Shown here piece by piece: positions 24,677 to 31,920 of a DNA stretch of 32,000 nucleotides; positions within the stretch are counted from its first letter, which is position 1, and each line of letters starts with the position of its first letter. The notes beneath the pieces are model-generated. The model had not been told where the DNA came from, ran no database searches, and worked only from the letters and a program-made list of their open reading frames with translations. The stretch comes from Telmatocola sphagniphila (lineage in GTDB: Bacteria > Planctomycetota > Planctomycetia > Gemmatales > Gemmataceae). A program made the translations under genes and the position numbers. The stretch lies in assembly GCF_018398935.1 (NCBI RefSeq), contig NZ_CP074694.1:6120001-6152000 (forward strand), in the 5' to 3' direction.

Positions 24677-26257
24677 TTAATATTCCCAGTGCAGTCGAAT
24701 CTGAAAGACATTGACGGGTCCGCGATCCCGATTGAACGCCGGGTCCATAAAGAACTGGTAGTCGAAGGCCAGGTGCAGATTCTTTTCAATGGCGATGTCG
24801 TAATAGGTTTCCAGGGATTTCTCCGGGGAGTAGCTCAAAAAGCCGTCGCCGTTCAGAATACCGGTTCCGCCCGCTCTCAAAAATGCCTGTTGGGCGGAAG
24901 AGGCCCCAGCCAAGTTACCCACAAAACCGAAGGTGTCCCCCGGACGGCACCAGGCGGCTCCCTTGAGGCTGATACCGAGTTGGGCGTTCCAATTCGTATC
25001 GTTATAGGCGGCGGCGGCCGTCTGGCCGTCCTGCCAGCCGAGTCGCCCGAAGATACCGACGTTCTTGGCGACTTCCTGCTCCCAGTTGATTCCAAAACCG
25101 TATTTGAAATGATACCCGAAGGCCGACTGAGGAACGGTTGCTTCCGCACCTTGAGGAGTATCCAAAGACGGCGGTGAGGCCAGGAGCAGGGCGGTAGCCG
25201 TCTTGAAGCTGGCGAATCTTCCCTGGTCGAGCCAGGCCTGATAGCGGATGGCTCCCGGATGATCGTCGATCTTCCAACGTTGTTCGAATTCCGTGATCAT
25301 CCCCCATTGTTTCCAGAACTCCCCATCGGAGGTTTTTTCACCACTCGAAACTGGATAAGCGAAAATTCGGTCGTCGGAAGTGAATCCATTGGGATTGCCC
25401 GGCAACTGGAACCAACCATACCTTAATGCCCAATCGGGCTGATTCAGCTCCAGGGCAATCCCGGTGGTGTAGCCAATGGTATCCGCCGGAAAATCCCAGC
25501 TCAGCATGGTGCTGGACCAACTCATAAATTGCGAGTGCGGATCGTGATTATAAGTGTTGTAGTCGAAGAGTTCGGAAACGCTCAGCCGACCGGCGGTGAC
25601 TGTAAAGCGGGAGATATCTCGTTTGCCCGGTAAGGTCAAAGGGCCATCGGGTACATCTTCCTGTTCTCCCCCCAAGCCGAAGTCTTGCCGCAGGAAAAAG
25701 TGGGAAAACATAAATCGGGGGTCGGAGGTACCGGCTTTATAAGCATCCGCATTGGGAAAGGCTTCGAGGCCATAGCTGTTACTTAGACCGAAGCCCTGCC
25801 ACATCAGTAGATCCGTGTGGAAGGAGGCCCCCTCCCATAAAGGGATTCCCAGAAAGATATCCGAGGTGACGGTACCCTGGCGTTGGGCATTCGGGCTGAG
25901 GCTGTTGGGACCGGAATATCGGGCAGGAAATCCGGCATCAAAACTCGGAATAATGGTCGTCTGTGCGTGGAAGTTCCAGCCCTCCGGCAGGAGCTTGAGC
26001 TTCTTCTCCTTCTCTTTTTTATCCGAATCGTCGTCCTTCTTATCCTTCTCGTCCTTCTTATCTTTATCCTTTTCGTCCTTGTCTTTATCTTCCTTATCCT
26101 TCTTAGCTTCCGCGGAGCTGGATTTGGCTTTCGGATCGTCCTTCGAGTTATCTTTCCCATCTTGACTGGGAGGGTCGGTAGCCAGCGCGAAGCTCGAAAA
26201 GCCCAGGGACAGGCTCAATAGGACGATAAGTACGAACTTCGGAAGCAAGCGACTCAT
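24677..26257 (-). CDS. OprB-family (carbohydrate-selective type) outer-membrane porin with an N-terminal Lys/Asp/Glu-rich low-complexity extension
   Basis: This is a 526-aa ORF starting at an ATG, with a signal peptide (FVLIVLLSLSLGFSSFALA). The barrel region matches the OprB-family pattern as I recall it: HAQTTIIPSFDAGFPARYSGPNSLS, FLGIPLWEGA, FFLRQDFGLGGE, RFTVTAGRLSVSELFDYNTY, DPHSQFMSWS, DTIGYTTGIALE, and a C-terminal NRDRGPVNVFQIRLHWEY. Confidence 0.75.
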   Translation of the reverse strand: MSRLLPKFVLIVLLSLSLGFSSFALATDPPSQDGKDNSKDDPKAKSSSAEAKKDKEDKDKDEKDKDKKDEKDKKDDDSDKKEKEKKLKLLPEGWNFHAQTTIIPSFDAGFPARYSGPNSLSPNAQRQGTVTSDIFLGIPLWEGASFHTDLLMWQGFGLSNSYGLEAFPNADAYKAGTSDPRFMFSHFFLRQDFGLGGEQEDVPDGPLTLPGKRDISRFTVTAGRLSVSELFDYNTYNHDPHSQFMSWSSTMLSWDFPADTIGYTTGIALELNQPDWALRYGWFQLPGNPNGFTSDDRIFAYPVSSGEKTSDGEFWKQWGMITEFEQRWKIDDHPGAIRYQAWLDQGRFASFKTATALLLASPPSLDTPQGAEATVPQSAFGYHFKYGFGINWEQEVAKNVGIFGRLGWQDGQTAAAAYNDTNWNAQLGISLKGAAWCRPGDTFGFVGNLAGASSAQQAFLRAGGTGILNGDGFLSYSPEKSLETYYDIAIEKNLHLAFDYQFFMDPAFNRDRGPVNVFQIRLHWEY

Positions 26258-26427
26258 TCAGGTCCTGCTGCGTTGTAGATAGACAACTCCTTGTTTCAAT
26301 CGGCCAGTTTATGCTCAGAAATGTAGATACAATCCGCACAAACGGAAAAGTTTAACGCATTTCAACCGATCATCGGAAGAGAATTAGAGGATTGAAACGA
26401 GATTGTGAACTTGCAGGACAGATTTTG

Positions 26428-26871
26428 CTAGCCTCGATTCTTGATGATCATAACTTCAGCGACGTTCATGGCGGTGTCCTGATCGATCTGCAGATGTTCG
26501 CAGAGTAGCTCGAGGTATTTTCGTTCCACATCCTCAACGATGCCGTCGGCGAGAATCAGGTCGCAGGCGTTGGCAAAAGCCGTGACCCGAAGTTCGTCGG
26601 GAAGTAAGGGTGTGGCCATCTTCAGTAGCCCCTCTACCCCTTTATGTTTGAGGATCTTCTCGCACTCGTCCTGGACGGCTTGGATCTTGTGGGCAGGCCA
26701 ATCTCGAAAGAGTTTCATTCGTAGAAGTCCGGAGGCCAAACTGCGAGATTCGCTCTCGGCGACGATCCCATCGCAGGCCGCCGCGCATTGCAAAACGGCC
26801 ACGTAGGCTTCCCCCGTACCGAAATTGGCAAAAGGTTGTTCGTCGGAGAAAAGATTGTCGAATAGACCCAT
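26428..26871 (-). CDS. TerB-like (tellurite-resistance TerB family) small cytosolic protein
   Basis: The paired helical motifs LQCAAACDGIVAESESRSLASGL and FANACDLILADGIVEDVERKYLELLCEHLQID fit the TerB-type repeat (aDG-hhxxxE). I moved the start to the ATG at 26871 (MGLFDNLFSDE). The track start at 26955 would overlap the divergent permease gene. Confidence 0.65.
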   Translation of the reverse strand: MGLFDNLFSDEQPFANFGTGEAYVAVLQCAAACDGIVAESESRSLASGLLRMKLFRDWPAHKIQAVQDECEKILKHKGVEGLLKMATPLLPDELRVTAFANACDLILADGIVEDVERKYLELLCEHLQIDQDTAMNVAEVMIIKNRG

Positions 26872-26928
26872 GGCAACCGTCCGATGAAAGTACTTGCGTT
26901 CGGGGCAAATGTCGGGATACTGGAATAT

Positions 26929-28212
26929 ATGATCTCGCTTTACCGATTGAAACACACCGTCAAGCTAGGGCTGCGCAGTCTGGCTGCCCACCAGCTTCGT
27001 TCGTTTCTTACGATTCTCGGGATTGTTCTGGGTGTTGGCTCGGTAATCGTCATGCTCGCCGTCGGCGAAGCTGCCCGTTATGAAGCCTTGAAGCAACTCG
27101 AAGACCTGGGCGCGAACACCATCATCCTGCGCAGCGTCAAACCGCAGGATGAAGCCGACAAAAAAACGAATACCGATATTAGCGCCTATGGCCTGACCTT
27201 TCCCGATCTCGCTCGCATCCAGTCTACTATTCCCAGCATCACCAGTGCAAACCCCATGCGGGAATTTCGAAAGACAGTCCGCCATCTCGAGAAGAATCTC
27301 GAAGCCCGCATCGTCAGCATCACTTCCGATTTTCTGAAGCAGAACAACATCAAGCTCAGCCAGGGCCGGAATATCAATGAAGTCGACGAACGCACCTTCG
27401 CCAACGTGGCGATCATCGGCTCGGCCACCGCGGAGAAGCTATTCCCGACCTCTGATCCCATCGGGCGCACAATCAGCATCGACGACCTGGAAGGGGCCAA
27501 GTCGTTCGTCATCATCGGGGTTACCGAGCCGAAAATTCTGGCGACCGGCGGTCAAACCGGTAATAGTGCCGATTTCAGTCGCGTCGTCTTCATCCCTTTC
27601 TCCAGTGACCGGGCCCGTTTCGGCAGAGAATTGATCTCGATCAAGGCCGGGATTCAGATCGAGATTATGGATATGAGCCAGATCACGGTCACTGTCGATT
27701 CGACCGATCGGGTAAAAGCGACCGCCCGCGTGCTGGAGAGCCTGATCGAAGCCTACCATCCGAACAAGGATGTGCAGATCGCCGTCCCGCTGGATCTTTT
27801 GGAAAAGGCGGAAAAGACCCAACAGTTGTTTACACTTGTTCTCGGGGCGATTGCCATGATCTCGCTGGTCGTCGGCGGTATCGGTATTATGAATATCATG
27901 CTGGCCACGGTGACCGAACGAACTCGCGAAGTCGGTGTCCGTCGATCGTTGGGAGCCAAACGAAAAGATATTGCCTTGCAATTTTTGGTGGAGACGCTCG
28001 TCTTAACCTGCACCGGGGGACTTTTGGGTGTGGGCATCGGCATCGGCCTGACAGAAATCATTACCGAGGTATTCGGTCTGCCCACAATCATACAATTGTG
28101 GTCCCCCCTGGTGGCTTTCGGAACCTCGGTTCTGGTAGGTTTGGTTTCGGGCAGTTATCCGGCTCGTAAGGCGGCTCGACTCGATCCGATTGAGGCTCTG
28201 CGGCATGAATAG
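26929..28212 (+). CDS. MacB-type (type VII) ABC transporter permease (MacB periplasmic domain plus FtsX domain), paralog 1
   Basis: The N-terminus LGLRSLAAHQLRSFLTILGIVLGVGSVIVMLAVG and the C-terminal FtsX core LVVGGIGIMNIMLATVTERTREVGVRRSLGAKRKDIALQFLVE...YPARKAARLDPIEALRHE are typical. The start is probably the ATG at 26929 (MISLYRLKH); the ATG at 26884 is also possible. Confidence 0.85.
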   Translation: MISLYRLKHTVKLGLRSLAAHQLRSFLTILGIVLGVGSVIVMLAVGEAARYEALKQLEDLGANTIILRSVKPQDEADKKTNTDISAYGLTFPDLARIQSTIPSITSANPMREFRKTVRHLEKNLEARIVSITSDFLKQNNIKLSQGRNINEVDERTFANVAIIGSATAEKLFPTSDPIGRTISIDDLEGAKSFVIIGVTEPKILATGGQTGNSADFSRVVFIPFSSDRARFGRELISIKAGIQIEIMDMSQITVTVDSTDRVKATARVLESLIEAYHPNKDVQIAVPLDLLEKAEKTQQLFTLVLGAIAMISLVVGGIGIMNIMLATVTERTREVGVRRSLGAKRKDIALQFLVETLVLTCTGGLLGVGIGIGLTEIITEVFGLPTIIQLWSPLVAFGTSVLVGLVSGSYPARKAARLDPIEALRHE

Positions 28213-28260
28213 GTTGACAAGGGAAGAGCTTGATGAGAAACTGCTGACAAAATTACTATT

Positions 28261-28280
28261 TGTAAGCCGATGAGCTTACA
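28261..28280 (+). promoter_or_regulatory. Palindrome TGTAAGC-N6-GCTTACA in the 149-nt spacer before the membrane-fusion-protein gene; either an operator-like site or a weak terminator hairpin
   Basis: Perfect 7-bp arms lie at 28261-28267 and 28274-28280. They are followed by a T-rich stretch (TTCTATAGATAATCTGTTTATGTTGTTTTC). A TTGACA hexamer sits at 28214-28219. The function is unresolved. Confidence 0.3.
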
Positions 28281-28361
28281 TTCTATAGATAATCTGTTTA
28301 TGTTGTTTTCTACGCGTTTACGGCGACGACCCACCCCGATTTCAAGTTAGAGTGCTCCAAA

Positions 28362-29801
28362 ATGCGCAGGTTGATTTTCTTCCTCATCCTCTTGGCAGGT
28401 ATTGGCGGCGGCGGTTACTGGTATCTCGCAAACACCAATACGTCCCAGATTTCGTTCCGGAAAGAACCGATTATTCGCGGCGATCTACTTGCATCGGTCA
28501 GCGCGACGGGAACTCTGGAACCGGAAGATGTCGTCGATGTCGGAACTCAGGTACCCGGATTGATCAAGGAATTCGGCAAGGGCACCGATGGCCGGTTTAT
28601 CGATTACGGTTCGCCGGTGGATGACGGCACCGTACTGGCACGGATTGACGATTCGCTATTCGTTTCCAAGGTCGATCAGTCTCGGGCATTGCTCCGTTCT
28701 TCGGAACAGAAAGTCGGTCAGGCCAAAGCCAAACTGGAACAGGCCAAAGCCAAGGTGGAAGAAGCCAAGGCAAACACCCAGCGTTCCCAAGCGGACGTGA
28801 AACAGTCGATTGCGAAAGCCAATCAGAGCAAGCGGGATTGGGAGCGGGCCAAGAAAATTGGTGTGAGCGGTGCCCAGTCTCAATCCGATTACGATTTGGC
28901 TCTCTCCAATTTTGAAATCAATAACGCCGCCCTCGCTGTTTCGGAAGCGGTTGTAGTGCAGAACTTGGCTGCCGAAGTGGATGCCAAGGCAGCGGTGGGA
29001 GATGCCGAAGCGGCGGTGGGCGATGCCGAGGCCGCGGTGATGACGGCTAAAGCCGCCTTGAAGCAGGACGAAATCAACCTGGGTTATTGCACTATTACCT
29101 CGAACGTCAAAGGCACGATCATTGACCGGCGTGTCACGTTGGGGCAGACGGTACAATCGTCCTTCAACACTCCCAGCTTGTTCCTGATCGCCAAGGATCT
29201 GACCCGCATGGTGGTCTGGGCTTCGGTGAACGAAGCCGACGTGAGCCAGATTCGCGTGGGCCAGACCGTCACTTTCACGGTGGATGCTCATGCCAATCGC
29301 AAATTCACCGGCAAAGTGAGCCGGATTCGCCTGAATGCGACCAATACCAACAACGTGGTCGTCTACACGGTCGAAGTCATTACGCCAAACGAAGACGGCA
29401 AGCTGCTGCCCTATATGACGGCAAACCTGCAGTTTGAAGTCGACTACCGAAAGGATGTTATCCTCGTTCCCAATGCCGCTCTTCGCTACCGGCCTTCCAT
29501 TCAAGCTCAGAGCAAAGTGATGCAATCTCCGGCCCCGTCCAATGATCCGGTCTCGGATAAGGAGGGAAAGGCTACCAAAGAATTTCCCAAAGCCACTTCG
29601 CTCGTCTGGGTCGAAGAGAACGGCATGCTGCATTCGGTGTCCGTAACGCTCGGAATCAGCGACGGCAACAGTACCGAGGTTGTCGGCGGGGATCTTAAGC
29701 CGGATATGCAGGTGATCGTCGGTGAGGTGAAGGCCCTCGCCACGGATCAGGGACAAAATCCGTTTGCGATGAAATTCGGCGGCAGCCCGAAGAAAAAATA
29801 G
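28362..29801 (+). CDS. Periplasmic adaptor / membrane fusion protein (HlyD / MacA family)
   Basis: This is a 479-aa ORF with an N-terminal TM anchor (LIFFLILLAGIGGGGYWYL). Barrel-sandwich/lipoyl segments include GTLEPEDVVDVGTQVPGLI and ITSNVKGTIIDRRVTLGQTV. A long coiled-coil hairpin runs through AKAKLEQAKAKVEEAKAN...AKAALKQDEINLGY. The beta-barrel / membrane-proximal region includes TFTVDAHANRKFTGKVSRI. Confidence 0.9.
   Translation: MRRLIFFLILLAGIGGGGYWYLANTNTSQISFRKEPIIRGDLLASVSATGTLEPEDVVDVGTQVPGLIKEFGKGTDGRFIDYGSPVDDGTVLARIDDSLFVSKVDQSRALLRSSEQKVGQAKAKLEQAKAKVEEAKANTQRSQADVKQSIAKANQSKRDWERAKKIGVSGAQSQSDYDLALSNFEINNAALAVSEAVVVQNLAAEVDAKAAVGDAEAAVGDAEAAVMTAKAALKQDEINLGYCTITSNVKGTIIDRRVTLGQTVQSSFNTPSLFLIAKDLTRMVVWASVNEADVSQIRVGQTVTFTVDAHANRKFTGKVSRIRLNATNTNNVVVYTVEVITPNEDGKLLPYMTANLQFEVDYRKDVILVPNAALRYRPSIQAQSKVMQSPAPSNDPVSDKEGKATKEFPKATSLVWVEENGMLHSVSVTLGISDGNSTEVVGGDLKPDMQVIVGEVKALATDQGQNPFAMKFGGSPKKK
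28980..29042 (+). repeat. In-frame 21-nt tandem repeat, about 3 copies, inside the coiled coil of the membrane fusion protein
   Basis: The three units are GATGCCAAGGCAGCGGTGGGA, GATGCCGAAGCGGCGGTGGGC and GATGCCGAGGCCGCGGTGATG. They encode DAKAAVG / DAEAAVG / DAEAAVM, a heptad unit. Confidence 0.7.
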
Positions 29802-29824
29802 CCGTCGGAAGGAGATTCGCGAGC

Positions 29825-30538
29825 ATGCAACTGATTACCGTCGAAGACGTCTGGAAAATCTATCGACTCGGCGAACAGGAAGTACCCGTTCTCAAAGGTG
29901 TTTCTCTGACCGTCGCCCAGGGTGAGTTAGCCGCGCTGATTGGGCCTTCCGGCGGCGGAAAATCTACCCTGATGAATATTCTGGGCTGTCTGGACCGACC
30001 GTCGCGGGGCAAGTACTGGCTCGATGGCGAAGACGTTTCCGAACTGACGCCCGAAGGCCGGGCTACGGTTCGCGGCCGTAAGATCGGTTTCGTCTTTCAA
30101 AGCTTCAACTTGCTTTCGCGAACCTCCGCGCTCGACAACGTGATGATGCCTTTGACGTACGCTTACCCGCGTCCGACGGAGCGCGAAGGCCGCGACCGCG
30201 CCGTCGCGCTGCTTGAAAGAGTGGGTCTGGCGGAGCGAATGCACCATTATCCTTCGCAACTCTCGGGCGGTCAGCAGCAACGTGTGGCGGTGGCCCGCTC
30301 GCTGATCAATAATCCTTCGGTGCTTCTGGCCGATGAACCGACCGGGAATCTCGATTCCAAAACCAGTCGTGAAATTCTGGAGATGTTTCAAAAGTTGAAT
30401 GAAGAAGAGGGGCTGACCGTTCTCATCGTAACTCACGATCAGAACGTGGCGGCCACGGCCAAGAGATCGATCAAAGTTATGGACGGTTTGATTGTCTCGG
30501 GTGCGTTTGCCCCCGGTACCGAACCGGTCCCTGCATAA
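29825..30538 (+). CDS. ABC transporter ATP-binding protein (MacB / LolD-type stand-alone ATPase)
   Basis: The protein carries Walker A (GPSGGGKST), a Q-loop region (FVFQSFNLL), the signature LSGGQQQRVAVARSL, Walker B (LLADEPTGNLD) and an H-loop (VTHD). Confidence 0.95.
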   Translation: MQLITVEDVWKIYRLGEQEVPVLKGVSLTVAQGELAALIGPSGGGKSTLMNILGCLDRPSRGKYWLDGEDVSELTPEGRATVRGRKIGFVFQSFNLLSRTSALDNVMMPLTYAYPRPTEREGRDRAVALLERVGLAERMHHYPSQLSGGQQQRVAVARSLINNPSVLLADEPTGNLDSKTSREILEMFQKLNEEEGLTVLIVTHDQNVAATAKRSIKVMDGLIVSGAFAPGTEPVPA

Positions 30539-30555
30539 GCCGGAGTGAGATCGAA

Positions 30556-31920
30556 ATGAGTTTGTTGCCTCCGACCTTCCGTGTTGCGATTCTGGCTCTA
30601 CGACGCAACATTCTGCGCTCGGCCCTGACCACTCTGGGGATCGTCATTGGGGTAGGCGCTGTGATTGCCATGGTCGAGATCGGACAAGGATCCAAAAAAG
30701 CGGTTTCCGAAAGTATCCAGAGCCTCGGCGCCAATACGCTTCTGATCTTCCCCGGCCAGGCTGCGAGCGGCGGCGTGAGCTTTGGGGGGGGTAGCACCCC
30801 GACACTCACACCCGGCGATTGCGATGCGATCATCAAGGAAGTCCCGACTGCTTATGCCGTGGCTCCCACAGTGCGCGCTCGAACTCAGATCGTCGCGGGA
30901 AATAAAAACTGGGTTCCCCCGTCGATTCTGGGCACCACACCGGAATATCTCAAACTTCGGGACTGGGATATCGATGAAGGCCGGGCATTCACGACTCAGG
31001 AAGTGAATGGCTCGGCAGGCGTCTGCCTTTTAGGTCAGACGGTGGCCCGCGAACTCTTCGGTTCCGAAGCGGCCGTGGGGCAGACGGTCCGAGTCAACAA
31101 TACGCCTCTGACAGTAATCGGGATTCTGGCTCGCAAAGGTGCCAATACCTTCGGTTCGGATCAGGATGATGTTCTCATTGCGCCTTGGCGAACGATCAAA
31201 TTCAAAGTCTCTGGCCAAACGGCTCAGACTACGAACCAGAGCGCTTCCGCGGCGGCTTCGGCAACGGGTACGGTTTCCACCAGCAAATTTCCCAGTCAGC
31301 AGCCCAATGCGTATCCCCAGCAGTCGACGACTCAGGCCGCCGATTATCCCGCGCCACCCTTGCCGACTTTTGTCGATCAGATCAGTGTGCGCATCGAGAA
31401 CGAAGAGGAAATTCCAGCGGCGATGAATCAGATCAAAACGCTGTTGAGGGAACGGCATCGCGTGAAAAACGCCGACGATTTTTATATCCGCGACACGGCA
31501 GAACTCACGGCGGCGGCGATGGCTACTTCGAACCTGATGAGCGCTCTGCTACTGGCGGTGGCGTTGATCTCGCTGGTCGTCGGCGGGGTGGGCATCATGA
31601 ATATAATGCTCGTTTCGGTGACCGAACGGACCAAGGAAATTGGATTGCGCATGGCCGTTGGGGCTCGACCGAAAGATATCCTCTGGCAGTTTCTGGTAGA
31701 GGCGATTGCACTCTGTCTGATGGGGGGTGCGGTGGGTGTGGCACTCGGAAAAGGAGGCTCCTGGATGCTGCGGAGCCTGTTAGGCTGGAGAACAGAACCC
31801 TCGGTTCCCGCTCTAGTAGCCTCGGTGGCCGTCTCGGCCTTTGTCGGCGTGGCCTTCGGTTTCTACCCGGCCTGGAAAGCATCGAGATTGGATCCCATCG
31901 ACGCTCTCCGATACGAGTAA
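30556..31920 (+). CDS. MacB-type ABC transporter permease (MacB periplasmic domain plus FtsX domain), paralog 2
   Basis: The N-terminus ILALRRNILRSALTTLGIVIGVGAVIAMVEIG and the C-terminal core LVVGGVGIMNIMLVSVTERTKEIGLRMAVGARPKDILWQFLVE...YPAWKASRLDPIDALRYE are typical. The periplasmic domain contains a Q/S/T/A/P-rich low-complexity insert (TAQTTNQSASAAASATGTVSTSKFPSQQPNAYPQQSTTQAADYPAPP). Confidence 0.9.
   Translation: MSLLPPTFRVAILALRRNILRSALTTLGIVIGVGAVIAMVEIGQGSKKAVSESIQSLGANTLLIFPGQAASGGVSFGGGSTPTLTPGDCDAIIKEVPTAYAVAPTVRARTQIVAGNKNWVPPSILGTTPEYLKLRDWDIDEGRAFTTQEVNGSAGVCLLGQTVARELFGSEAAVGQTVRVNNTPLTVIGILARKGANTFGSDQDDVLIAPWRTIKFKVSGQTAQTTNQSASAAASATGTVSTSKFPSQQPNAYPQQSTTQAADYPAPPLPTFVDQISVRIENEEEIPAAMNQIKTLLRERHRVKNADDFYIRDTAELTAAAMATSNLMSALLLAVALISLVVGGVGIMNIMLVSVTERTKEIGLRMAVGARPKDILWQFLVEAIALCLMGGAVGVALGKGGSWMLRSLLGWRTEPSVPALVASVAVSAFVGVAFGFYPAWKASRLDPIDALRYE

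Noticed and set aside
26290-26955. The 12-mer CCGATTGAAACA is present both in the porin leader (minus sense, 26290-26303) and in the first codons of the MacB permease (26944-26955).
   Set aside because: A back-of-envelope estimate expects on the order of a hundred chance 12-mer matches between any two positions in 64 kb of two-strand sequence. The match is not significant.
28656-29756. A 366-aa minus-strand ORF opposite the membrane-fusion-protein gene. Similar antisense ORFs are 9283..9990, 17287..17811, 21426..22166, 22904..23308, 23655..24329, 24611..25177 and 27439..27981.
   Set aside because: Each overlaps a confidently identified gene on the other strand and shows no family motifs. They are shadow ORFs.
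30784-30791. Homopolymer 8-mers as phase-variation tracts: G8 in permease 2 (30784-30791), T8 in the Lys-rich N-terminus of the ABC ATPase (21985-21992), and A8 in the sulfatase signal peptide (1542-1549).
   Set aside because: Roughly one to two such runs are expected by chance at this base composition in 32 kb. All are in frame, and there is no supporting evidence of length variation.
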